DNA of 50,265 nt, from IMG/VR virus record IMGVR_UViG_3300031673_000073, positions 1-50,265 of that record, one strand, 5' to 3'. The notes beneath the pieces were generated by a model. That model saw only the letters and a program-made list of their open reading frames with translations, was not told where the DNA came from and did no database searches. Below are positions 1-8,229 of the stretch, in pieces; positions within the stretch are counted from its first letter, which is position 1, and each line of letters begins with the position of its first letter. This DNA is from a virus. Its lineage: Duplodnaviria; Caudoviricetes. The position numbers and the translations under genes are program-made.

Positions 1-254
1 CTGGTGTCTGGTCTGTCATTATGATTCTCCTTTGAGTTCGTGCTTTAGACATTCTCCACCACTTTGTTGACAAATGTTTTCATCAAAGTGAGTACAGGTA
101 AAACAAGTCATGCCCTCTGCCTTCCCTGACACCTCCGTGGTGTCTATGCGGTCTATGATTGCCCTTACCTTTTCGGGCTTCCACGTGAAGATAGTTCCCT
201 CTTCAGTCATAGTGTGCATTAGATTATATAACTCGCTTATTGCCTCTTCCTTGC
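1..254. repeat. Terminal direct repeat, left copy (circular/permuted genome overlap)
   Basis: 1-254 matches 50012-50265 except T127 vs C50138; ORF 19..273 is duplicated as 50030..50265. Confidence 0.95.
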
Positions 255-273
255 TCAACGTCTTGTCCGTCAT
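19..273 (-). CDS. Small accessory protein; MTDKTLSKE start module, C-terminal Cys cluster, ends KGES
   Basis: ORF track; shares its N-terminus with 46411..46680 and the IIDRI motif with other array genes; CFTCTHF...C...C motif. Confidence 0.75.
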   Translation of the reverse strand: MTDKTLSKEEAISELYNLMHTMTEEGTIFTWKPEKVRAIIDRIDTTEVSGKAEGMTCFTCTHFDENICQQSGGECLKHELKGES

Positions 274-276
274 GGC

Positions 277-756
277 TTACACCTCGTATTTACAATCTTT
301 GCAATCTTTCACTACACATACCGATTTACCACTTCCCCATTCCTTCCATACTTTTTTGCATTCCTCGTGATCATACCCAGCTTCACATTCGCCAATATCA
401 AAACCATCACCGCAAGGCATGAGATCGTCCAGGGTACACCCACATTCATAACCCGCCAATCCTGTGTATCCGTGAGCTTTCAGCCAGTCAGAAACTATTT
501 CTTTTACAGTCATGTATTCTCCTTTCCTTTGAGTAGTGGCTTGCTCGTGGTTTTTCTTCCGATCCATTTGCTCTCTCCGTTTATCCAACCATGCCTCTTG
601 TTCATCCTCGGGTATCTCACTACAATCCTTGCTTCCGCAATTATTACAAATAGCAAATTCTCCATCAAATATATTATCACCGGCTTCTTGTACTAACTCG
701 ACACCACTTTCATCTCCATACCATCCACAATCAGGGCATTCATACATCTCGCTCAC
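277..756 (-). CDS. Cys-rich (Zn-ribbon-like) protein; probably a fusion of two small genes with an internal start at 513
   Basis: CPDC...CNNC N-half; internal AAAGGAGAATACATG (RBS+ATG) before MTVKEIV...CGC...PC. Confidence 0.7.
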   Translation of the reverse strand: MSEMYECPDCGWYGDESGVELVQEAGDNIFDGEFAICNNCGSKDCSEIPEDEQEAWLDKRREQMDRKKNHEQATTQRKGEYMTVKEIVSDWLKAHGYTGLAGYECGCTLDDLMPCGDGFDIGECEAGYDHEECKKVWKEWGSGKSVCVVKDCKDCKYEV

Positions 757-1031
757 TTTGCCCCCTTGATTAGTGCGTCTAGTTCTTCGTAAGTTGGTAT
801 GTCTCGTAATGTTTCCTCTTGGTCTTCGGGTGATAATCCGTCATTACATTCAGTCAGCTTCCTTGTCTCCTTCACCGCCTCGACTATCTTGGTGATAAAA
901 AGAGTAGCTTGTTCTACAGAATTGTTCCACAAGTTCCATTGAGCTGTCGTTTTTTTCCACGCATCACGCTTGATAATTAACTTACTCCTAAACTCCAACT
1001 GCTCTTTCAACGCTTCCAGTAGTGGCTTCAT
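753..1031 (-). CDS. Hypothetical protein ending KGAK
   Basis: ORF track; 4-nt stop/start overlaps on both sides. Confidence 0.7.
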   Translation of the reverse strand: MKPLLEALKEQLEFRSKLIIKRDAWKKTTAQWNLWNNSVEQATLFITKIVEAVKETRKLTECNDGLSPEDQEETLRDIPTYEELDALIKGAK

Positions 1032-1321
1032 TTCGCCCCCTTGATTGCGTCTCTCGCTTTAAACATTGCGGCTTGTACGAAGTCAACTTTTCTATGATCC
1101 GGTAATCCTTGCCACATCATTTCACACGCCTTTAAATCCGACATATCTCTTGGAAGTATTTGGTGTTGTAATTTTGTGCGCCCGTAAGCTATCATCACTA
1201 TACTATTACTTGACAACCCACAGTCTCTGTCTTCTCTAAAGGAACAGCATCCAGCTTTGTTAGCGCGTTCTAAAAGAAACGTTATGTCCAGTTTCATTTC
1301 AGCTGCGTTCGGCTCTCTCAT
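1028..1321 (-). CDS. Hypothetical protein ending KGAK
   Basis: ORF track; ATGA overlaps. Confidence 0.7.
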   Translation of the reverse strand: MREPNAAEMKLDITFLLERANKAGCCSFREDRDCGLSSNSIVMIAYGRTKLQHQILPRDMSDLKACEMMWQGLPDHRKVDFVQAAMFKARDAIKGAK

Positions 1322-1641
1322 TTCGCCCCCTTTCCTATTACCGCGATTTCCATATCAAACGCTTGGTGACATTCCGTGCATTTCAATGTCGCCATATATC
1401 TCCCAGTTGGGTCTAAATAATGTTTTGTTGCTGGTCTGCGTCCTATGTGTCCGCATATATGACAATGGCTGATGTCACAAGGCGGTGGTTCTTTTCCGAT
1501 ATTGGGAGTCTGTATTTGCATTTCTATTATTACACCTTCCGCATACTCCGTGGCAGATTGTCTATTACGCTCGGGATAGTCAAGAGGTAATATAATATCA
1601 GTTATCTTTTTAGCCGCTTCCTTTATTGTTTTCCTGTTCAT
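1318..1641 (-). CDS. Zn-finger-like protein ending KGAK
   Basis: CHIC...CTEC; ATGA overlaps. Confidence 0.7.
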   Translation of the reverse strand: MNRKTIKEAAKKITDIILPLDYPERNRQSATEYAEGVIIEMQIQTPNIGKEPPPCDISHCHICGHIGRRPATKHYLDPTGRYMATLKCTECHQAFDMEIAVIGKGAK

Positions 1642-1952
1642 TTCGCCCCCTTGATTATCTGCTTCAACTGATAGATATCTTCCCCGGTCTCGTTTGCCAG
1701 AGATACCAATATAGCCGTGACCGCTAGATCCCCATGCGACTTCGCCGCTTGAGATAATGCCAACCGTACATCCTGCCGCTTCTTCAAAACAGACACAAAG
1801 TTTTTAACCTGCTGTACGTTTACAAGTCCGAACTTTTCCTTTTCCATGTTATCCATCCTTTCACTTTTACCTAGTTCTATCTGTGCTTGAAGTTTAAGCT
1901 TCATAAGAATGCTCTTCCCATTTGCCAATCCCCCAAGAGTAAGTTCCGACAT
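1638..1952 (-). CDS. Hypothetical protein ending KGAK
   Basis: ORF track; coupled to both neighbours. Confidence 0.65.
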   Translation of the reverse strand: MSELTLGGLANGKSILMKLKLQAQIELGKSERMDNMEKEKFGLVNVQQVKNFVSVLKKRQDVRLALSQAAKSHGDLAVTAILVSLANETGEDIYQLKQIIKGAK

Positions 1953-2365
1953 TAATCTTCCTTCCTTTTTTCAAGCGCTTCCGCAGCCGTTAATAATGCT
2001 ATTTGTATTATGGCCTCGCCATATGCTTTGGACGGGCTTTCTTTCATCGGGCAACATACTACGGCACGATCATCTACATATGCACACGCCATAGGCTTCC
2101 CGGGTTTAATGTGAAGATCATCATATGTCATCTTGTTTCCGTCAAGCCACGCCCGTATTATGCGCTCTGATATCCTGTGTTTTCCGTTCAAATCATTTAT
2201 CCGCGCGGTATGGATTATAATGTGATATCCCTCGCGTTTCAATTCCCTTAAGAATCCCCGGGATCCATTAATGGGTTGACCAATATGATCCACACCTCTC
2301 CATCCCGTATATGTTGCTAACACTCCATCAAGATCTATGGCTACCGTTTTCCCGTACTTACTCAT
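1952..2365 (-). CDS. HAD-superfamily phosphatase (phage PNK-phosphatase/5'-nucleotidase-like)
   Basis: AIDLDGVL motif I, HTAR motif II, KP, YVDDRA motif IV. Confidence 0.85.
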   Translation of the reverse strand: MSKYGKTVAIDLDGVLATYTGWRGVDHIGQPINGSRGFLRELKREGYHIIIHTARINDLNGKHRISERIIRAWLDGNKMTYDDLHIKPGKPMACAYVDDRAVVCCPMKESPSKAYGEAIIQIALLTAAEALEKRKED

Positions 2366-2807
2366 TTATCTCCTTGGCTTTATATCGTTCGTAATCTATT
2401 TTATAAAAATAACCCATTAACTTCTTAGAGATCCATATTACGGGTATTACTATTTTTAGCGCAGTACACATATTCCACATTACTCGATCAACACTATTAG
2501 TTTCCTGATCTTCATCTCGAATAAAATTATCATTAACATACACACTAAGTATCCATATCATAATTGTAGATAAAGTTCTATGTACCTCTCCCTCATGTAC
2601 CCGGCGTTCAAGATCTGCCATACGCTTATCAGGATCTTTAAGAGTATAAGAAGGGCCAGTTGTCACACATCCGATGAACATTGTTACCGCGATAATTATA
2701 ACAACCAGCCTCTTCTTATTAATTATTAGCGATAGCCTCCGGGCTTCAGGTACATCCTGAGGTTGAGATCCCACATGTCTTATTATCACGGCGAGGCTAT
2801 CGCTCAT
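2358..2807 (-). CDS. Putative membrane protein (possible lipoprotein)
   Basis: Hydrophobic LVVIIIAVTMFIGC segment plus two further hydrophobic stretches. Confidence 0.5.
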   Translation of the reverse strand: MSDSLAVIIRHVGSQPQDVPEARRLSLIINKKRLVVIIIAVTMFIGCVTTGPSYTLKDPDKRMADLERRVHEGEVHRTLSTIMIWILSVYVNDNFIRDEDQETNSVDRVMWNMCTALKIVIPVIWISKKLMGYFYKIDYERYKAKEINE

Positions 2808-3000
2808 TTATTATCTCTACCTTTATAATTTTATATCCCCTTAATGCCTTGTCGCCTTTGATCCACTTCAGCGCTTCCATCCTGGCCCTGCTCTCGTTGA
2901 TTTCCTCTATATCCGCATCCTTTTCATCATATCCCTTGGGGTATTCCCCGGTAAATGGATTCTTTTCTCCCTTGGATATTATTATCCTGAACTTAGGCAT
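2797..3000 (-). CDS. Hypothetical protein
   Basis: ORF with GGAGG RBS; overlaps its neighbour. Confidence 0.6.
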   Translation of the reverse strand: MPKFRIIISKGEKNPFTGEYPKGYDEKDADIEEINESRARMEALKWIKGDKALRGYKIIKVEIINER

Positions 3001-3121
3001 CCCGATCCTCCGATATCTTTTTAAAATACATATCCATCTTTTCCCGCATTACCATTCTAAAGAACCATCTAGTATCATTTCCGTTCCATGTGATCGCACT
3101 CATCGTTTATCCTTCAGTTTA

Positions 3122-3493
3122 TTATTCCGACATTATCACCAGGACATCATCGAATACCCCGGTGCCTATTAGCGAGTGATCCTTGGATACTGCCTGACGA
3201 GTATCACGTACTATCCCATCCCTTTTTATGACGATCTGCTGGATGTTTCCGCGCAACTCCACCTCCCAACTAAATGGCGTTATCCTCTTTTGATGTGGCA
3301 TCTTCTTGTCAACACCCTTCACGATATCTGATGCTTCCTTGATAGATGCCTGCGCTATTTCTTCTGATAAATCAGCGGCACCAGATACACCCATATACAT
3401 ACAAAACATCACGATAACCACCGTAGCCAACACCACCAATATTGGAAGCACCCTGATCTCTACGTCAACGTTAATCGTTTTCTTGATTTTCAT
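3122..3493 (-). CDS. Membrane-anchored/exported hypothetical protein (start revised to MKIKKT)
   Basis: GGGGAAGG upstream of ATG 3493; hydrophobic LPILVVLATVVIVMFCMYMGVSGA. Confidence 0.55.
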   Translation of the reverse strand: MKIKKTINVDVEIRVLPILVVLATVVIVMFCMYMGVSGAADLSEEIAQASIKEASDIVKGVDKKMPHQKRITPFSWEVELRGNIQQIVIKRDGIVRDTRQAVSKDHSLIGTGVFDDVLVIMSE

Positions 3494-3610
3494 TCCTTCC
3501 CCTATCCGTATATTATATAAATTAATAATCTCGCTAATACCGCTGTAACGATTAGCATAACCAGAACAGCCGCAACCCACATCAGACCGAGTATGATCTT
3601 TTGCATTTTA

Positions 3611-3862
3611 TTATATACCGGGCTGTTCATCCTTGTCCTCCATGCGCCGTTGTACCTCGATCCTATCAGCAAGGCTTTCCGAATCATTTGCAGCTGCTTC
3701 AAGAGAGGCCACTAGATTATCTGCCTCAAGCTTCGCCTTTAGATCATTCCTGGACGTAAATCCGTCGGCTATTCCCTGGGCGATGTTCATATCAGATCTT
3801 ATTCTTATCGCCATTTCCCTTAACTTATTCGTCTCTTCCGGCATTTGCATTTCCTCGGCCAT
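3611..3862 (-). CDS. Coiled-coil hypothetical protein (start revised to MAEEMQ)
   Basis: GAGGAG RBS before ATG 3862. Confidence 0.6.
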   Translation of the reverse strand: MAEEMQMPEETNKLREMAIRIRSDMNIAQGIADGFTSRNDLKAKLEADNLVASLEAAANDSESLADRIEVQRRMEDKDEQPGI

Positions 3863-4070
3863 TTTTGTTCTCCTCAGGTTTAGGATTATCATCTATAGTT
3901 TCCACGGCTTTTAGAGCATCGGCAACTGTATCAATCTTTATATTAAATAATTGTGTGATAGCTCTATGCTTCCTAGTATCCATCTCACGATCGATACTCT
4001 TCGTTTTAGCAGTACGAAGATCCCTCATCCATTTCTCGAAATCATCTATAATGTCCTGCTTCGTCGCCAT
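3825..4070 (-). CDS. Hypothetical protein
   Basis: ORF track; colinear in operon. Confidence 0.55.
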   Translation of the reverse strand: MATKQDIIDDFEKWMRDLRTAKTKSIDREMDTRKHRAITQLFNIKIDTVADALKAVETIDDNPKPEENKNGRGNANAGRDE

Positions 4071-4075
4071 AATAA

Positions 4076-4291
4076 CTAATTACCTTTCCTCTTTGCCTCG
4101 GCCGCACGCGCACGCATCTCGTCCATTGCTTCCCTTAACCTTTTACTTGCTGCTAACTGTGCCATCTGTACCGCCTTTAGCTTTAATAGCGTAGCCCCGA
4201 ATAGGCCAGTAGCCTCTTCTAAAGCTACCGCTGCCTTACCGATCTCTTCGGCCGCCGCTGGTATCTTTTTTACTAATTCTAGATCGTCCAT
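4076..4291 (-). CDS. Helical hypothetical protein
   Basis: AGGAGG RBS; Ala-rich helix. Confidence 0.6.
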   Translation of the reverse strand: MDDLELVKKIPAAAEEIGKAAVALEEATGLFGATLLKLKAVQMAQLAASKRLREAMDEMRARAAEAKRKGN

Positions 4292-4441
4292 GTTCCCTCC
4301 TGTTTTATAGTTTTATCATTTTCGAGTTACCGCTATTCACTTTGATACCTTCCTATCGGATTTTGCGTATCTGAATTGTCATCCCCCGGATTTTGCGCGC
4401 ATATATAAAGCGAACAATTAGTTTTACTTATCATAAAAATC

Positions 4442-5074
4442 CTATTTATTTGTCGCCCATGCTAGTTCTTTTGGGCCTATCATTCTTATATTATCTTTCC
4501 AAAATACCGGGATGACCCGATCCTGATAATGATCTGTTATTTGTATGGCCCATTCGTTACACCAACCAGCTTTATATCTAGTGGCCCTGCCTATGATCAC
4601 CTGCTTGGCATCCCATAGATATTCTACTTCGGGCACTCCAAATAACGGTTCATATGAATACCAGTGATTACCTTCTGATAATATCTCGCGCCTGTATGCA
4701 TCTGATGGCCCGGTGATGCTTGCTCCAAGCCACCAGTTACCGCGCACCCATGTTTCGTCGTACTGCGGATTCTTGGTCAGCCACAAATATGTATGCCACG
4801 GGGCGCGCATTGCCGCCAGTTTAACTTGCTCTATCCATATACCTTTCATACCAGGAGAAAATATATCCCCCATGTCACAAACGAATATAACCATCGGTTT
4901 CTTTTCCTTGTATGGCTCATCCAGTTTATCAGGATGAAACTGAGGATCGAAACTACCACCATATAATCCATACCGCTTCGCTATCTTTCGAGCGTAGCAG
5001 AAGTCACAATTATGCCGGCAACCTGTCACCGGATTCCACGTCCTGTCGCAGTATTCTATTTTCGTCTCATTCAT
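4442..5074 (-). CDS. Phage Gp37Gp68 / DUF5131 family protein (CxxxCxxC, radical-SAM-like)
   Basis: TKIEYCDRTWNPVTGCRHNCDFCYA, FVCDMGDIF, LTKNP, SYEPL, VIIG motifs. Confidence 0.9.
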   Translation of the reverse strand: MNETKIEYCDRTWNPVTGCRHNCDFCYARKIAKRYGLYGGSFDPQFHPDKLDEPYKEKKPMVIFVCDMGDIFSPGMKGIWIEQVKLAAMRAPWHTYLWLTKNPQYDETWVRGNWWLGASITGPSDAYRREILSEGNHWYSYEPLFGVPEVEYLWDAKQVIIGRATRYKAGWCNEWAIQITDHYQDRVIPVFWKDNIRMIGPKELAWATNK

Positions 5075-5982
5075 TATTTATCATCCTTGCGTAGTATTAT
5101 AATGTACTCATGAACCCTGACTGATTTTCTGTTCGCCTCAAATGCTCCGGCCCGCTGCGCAGCCTGTCCAGATGCGCCCCAAAATATGAGTTCATCGTGT
5201 AACTTAAACCCGGCCGCTTCGCCCAGCTTGATAATATCACCACTGAAATGTATTAATGCTCCGCGTTTATCCCTGAAGTTTCCAACGACCCATACCGCCA
5301 GGGCCCAGGGGCGTAATGTCTTATAAGTGTTTTCCATTACTGGTCTCATCATAGCGAGGAATTCCTCATATGTTTTGGCAGCTGATAAATCGTCTGGTAG
5401 ATCTGAATATATTTCCAAGTTGTAATACGGTGGACATGTATAGCAGAAATCAAAATGATTCTCATATTCAGGGAAAGGAGGGAAGTATCTGGCATCCCCT
5501 TCCTGGAGTTCGAATCTTCGGTCAAGTTCAATCATCCTGTTCTTGATCCGATCACATTCCTCGCCCCTTATTTCCACGCCAAAATATTTATGTCCCATTG
5601 CCGTTGCAACAAATCCGCGCGTTCCGCCGCCACCGAAAGGATCATATATCTTCGCTTCGGGCGGGCAATATGCTGATAAAATCATCTGCGCTAAATGTGG
5701 ATTAAAAATAGACATCGAGTTATCGGCCCCCCCCATGTTTTCCTTATAAGAAGCGCCGGCGGTTCTAAAGTTTCCGCTTTTACTATCCATGGCTCGTGTC
5801 TGTCCCGAATCACCAATGATAGCTTTTAACTCCTTCGTTTTCGTCCAATCAGGTTGCCATACACTGACGGGGATAAAACCGATCCGATCTTTCATTGATA
5901 ACGCTTCAATTTTGTTCCCGAACAAATCGTATTGAGGTTCAGGTTTATGCGCCAGATTCTGCTTCATCATGTCGCTGCTCAT
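5074..5982 (-). CDS. DNA amino-methyltransferase (N4-C/N6-A)
   Basis: SAM motif DPFGGGGTRG followed by catalytic-type TCPPY; HEYIIILRK C-terminus. Confidence 0.85.
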   Translation of the reverse strand: MSSDMMKQNLAHKPEPQYDLFGNKIEALSMKDRIGFIPVSVWQPDWTKTKELKAIIGDSGQTRAMDSKSGNFRTAGASYKENMGGADNSMSIFNPHLAQMILSAYCPPEAKIYDPFGGGGTRGFVATAMGHKYFGVEIRGEECDRIKNRMIELDRRFELQEGDARYFPPFPEYENHFDFCYTCPPYYNLEIYSDLPDDLSAAKTYEEFLAMMRPVMENTYKTLRPWALAVWVVGNFRDKRGALIHFSGDIIKLGEAAGFKLHDELIFWGASGQAAQRAGAFEANRKSVRVHEYIIILRKDDK

Positions 5983-6520
5983 GTTTCGCTCCTTTGCTGG
6001 TTCTTTGTTTATGAACCATTTTCATATAATTATTATGATGTATAGTTATATAAAAATCCTTCGATGGATTGTTTATCATCCTGGCACAAATACTAACAGC
6101 ATTTTTCTTACCCACTACGACTTCTAGCGCTCGGCGATGCGATATATACGCCGGCCTTGATCCTTTATATTTGAAACATGGGAAATGAATATATCGGTGT
6201 CTAATGACTAACGTGTCGTTATCGTTGATAACAAAAGGCGATGCTTTGCACCCCCATGGTTCTTGATGATCGGCGTGTATGATACAGAGATTTTCCTGAT
6301 TTTTAAACGGACAGCGTCCTTGAGTTTTAATGATACCATGTTTAACTATAATATCGTGTTTCCTAATACGATGTTCTTCGTCTGGTAATATGCTTACTAC
6401 AGCAGGCCCATCCGAATTCTCACAACAACGTCCATGACACACATTTTTAATAAACCTTGGATCACATTCCTTAAAAGATGCCTTCATCCACTTAACTGAT
6501 ACCTTGATCTTTTTGCTCAT
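5945..6520 (-). CDS. YkgJ/CxxCxxCC-type cysteine-cluster protein
   Basis: C...CHGRCC, CPF....C.IH....P.GCKASP pattern. Confidence 0.75.
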   Translation of the reverse strand: MSKKIKVSVKWMKASFKECDPRFIKNVCHGRCCENSDGPAVVSILPDEEHRIRKHDIIVKHGIIKTQGRCPFKNQENLCIIHADHQEPWGCKASPFVINDNDTLVIRHRYIHFPCFKYKGSRPAYISHRRALEVVVGKKNAVSICARMINNPSKDFYITIHHNNYMKMVHKQRTSKGAKHEQRHDEAESGA

Positions 6521-6779
6521 TTTTCCTCGGTTTTTCGTTTTTGCGTTTTGCTTTCATCTTTGCCCGCTTAACCTTCAATTCATCTATCTCAGTCAACCAT
6601 ATCCGTAGTGATTCTATTTTGATTCTAAAATAGCTCCCTGATCCATCATATTTATTAAAGTGCTTTGTACCCTTCCAATGATCTGCGAATACCAAATCGT
6701 CGCCTTGTCGTTCTGCGCTTTTTGTACTATGGTAATGGTTATTATGCTCATCGCTTTCTTCCGTATGTTTTAATTTCAT
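6492..6779 (-). CDS. Hypothetical protein
   Basis: ORF track. Confidence 0.55.
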   Translation of the reverse strand: MKLKHTEESDEHNNHYHSTKSAERQGDDLVFADHWKGTKHFNKYDGSGSYFRIKIESLRIWLTEIDELKVKRAKMKAKRKNEKPRKNEQKDQGIS

Positions 6780-6857
6780 AATATTTAGCGGCCGTGGGTT
6801 CGATTAGCAACTCCGGGGGCACTATACAGAGAAGCTAACCAGCCCCCACGACCTATA

Positions 6858-7055
6858 TTAATTATCACCTGAATTTCGTTTATCTTCCTCGATTCCTTTT
6901 TCAATTATATCACGCGCTTCATCGGAAAGTGTCCTTCCAACCTTCCGTCCGGCCATCCCTTCAAGATAAGTTTTCCATTCCTTCGGAACCCATACATTGA
7001 TATTATCCATCGGTTGCTTTCCGTACTTTGATTTAGATCCACCTTTTGCGACCAT
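6858..7055 (-). CDS. Ribbon-helix-helix (Arc/CopG/omega-like) DNA-binding protein
   Basis: beta-strand NINVWVP, helix KEWKTYLEGMAG, GRTLSDEARDIIEKGI; AAGGAG RBS. Confidence 0.75.
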   Translation of the reverse strand: MVAKGGSKSKYGKQPMDNINVWVPKEWKTYLEGMAGRKVGRTLSDEARDIIEKGIEEDKRNSGDN

Positions 7056-7119
7056 GCTATCTCCTTTGTTTAATGCTTCCTGATGGAAGCTGACTAATTA
7101 ACCGATTGTCTCGAATATA

Positions 7120-7195
7120 TTAGAATGTTTAGAATATTTAGAAAGTCCATTCTGAACATTCTGAGCATTCTGAGCATTCTGAACATTCTGAACAT
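7120..7195. repeat. Array of 9-bp repeats in two orientations upstream of the RHH gene
   Basis: TTAGAATGT/TTAGAATAT/TTAGAAAGT at 7120-7146, then CATTCTGA(A/G) x5 at 7148-7192. Confidence 0.9.
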
Positions 7196-7256
7196 ATCAA
7201 ATCGTATATTTATATTTTTGTTGATAATTTTAAACTCCTTATCTATTTCGCTTTGA

Positions 7257-7427
7257 TTAAACGCCGATAGCGTTCAATGCTTCGGCTACACATTGAAATG
7301 GTTCCCATGTACCGTCTGCGTAATCAACCCTAAAGAACAACCCTCCCAAAATAGTATCCGTGATCACAATACCGGCATTCGACTTCGCTACCGTTTCGCC
7401 TTCTTTCCATGTTGTCTTTTTCATCAT
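7257..7427 (-). CDS. Small early protein (start revised to MMKKTTW)
   Basis: AAAGGAGGGGATG RBS/start. Confidence 0.7.
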   Translation of the reverse strand: MMKKTTWKEGETVAKSNAGIVITDTILGGLFFRVDYADGTWEPFQCVAEALNAIGV

Positions 7428-7438
7428 CCCCTCCTTTG

Positions 7439-7609
7439 TTAAAGGTTGTTCAGTTGCTCTACTCTCCATGAGTGCCACATCTCCAAATCGCACCACAAGT
7501 CCTCACATAAATCAATGGCAGACACATCCGCCATTACTCCGCGATTGACGGCATTAGATATTTCTTTAAGTTTTTTTAAGATACCACTTTTTAATTCTGC
7601 GTTCTCCAT
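7439..7609 (-). CDS. Small early protein, 56 aa, not in the ORF track (MENAELKSG...EQLNNL)
   Basis: AGGAGGGG RBS; open frame fills the gap between its two neighbours. Confidence 0.7.
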   Translation of the reverse strand: MENAELKSGILKKLKEISNAVNRGVMADVSAIDLCEDLWCDLEMWHSWRVEQLNNL

Positions 7610-7628
7610 GTCATCCCCTCCTAGTTAG

Positions 7629-7823
7629 TTACTCAATTAGTCCTAGTGCCTGAGCATTTCCAGTTGGTATCGTATATTCTTTCCCGCTCTCGTCTTTAAC
7701 AACCGTATCTGAAAAAGTTCCGAATACCATTGCTACTTCATTTACCTTACCAACAACCGTGTACTTTCCTGGATCTAAACCTAAAACCTTATCAATTACT
7801 TCAAATTCAGCTACCATTGTCAT
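7629..7823 (-). CDS. Small early protein (start revised to MTMVAEF)
   Basis: AAAGGAGGGGATG RBS/start; first gene after the promoter. Confidence 0.7.
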   Translation of the reverse strand: MTMVAEFEVIDKVLGLDPGKYTVVGKVNEVAMVFGTFSDTVVKDESGKEYTIPTGNAQALGLIE

Positions 7824-7857
7824 CCCCTCCTTTGTTTGGTGTTCCCTTGTTGTATGA

Positions 7858-7916
7858 AATATACCATAAACTAGGAGGCGTGTCAAGTCTTTTTTTACTT
7901 TTTTTTACTTTTTTTT
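7858..7916 (-). promoter_or_regulatory. sigma70-type promoter with A-tract UP element
   Basis: TTGACA(7886-7881), 17 nt, TATATT(7863-7858); three phased A7-8 tracts upstream. Confidence 0.9.
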
Positions 7917-7921
7917 AAGTG

Positions 7922-8227
7922 CTAAATAGGGCAATCATCACCGGCTGATCCACCGGGTACAATATCCTCTATAGAGCTTTGATCGACCGGTTGCGGTTTA
8001 CCAGACCAACTTTTCCAAAACGGAAGATAAATCTTACCCTTTAACCGCGACCATCTGCCGCAACTGTCTTTACCATTACCTGCATTGCACTTCCACTGTT
8101 CATAAACCTTGTCGGTCGGCACTTCGCCTTCCTTGGCCTTCGGAGCATACTCCGAATATTGCGTCGCCTTACCGCACACTGGACATACATCTAGCTCCTG
8201 TTCCGTCTTTGCTTGTAAATCACTCAT
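7922..8227 (-). CDS. Zn-ribbon protein with acidic SSB-like tail (GDDCPI)
   Basis: CPVC...C...C; acidic C-terminus resembling DDIPF. Confidence 0.55.
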   Translation of the reverse strand: MSDLQAKTEQELDVCPVCGKATQYSEYAPKAKEGEVPTDKVYEQWKCNAGNGKDSCGRWSRLKGKIYLPFWKSWSGKPQPVDQSSIEDIVPGGSAGDDCPI

Positions 8228-8229
8228 GG

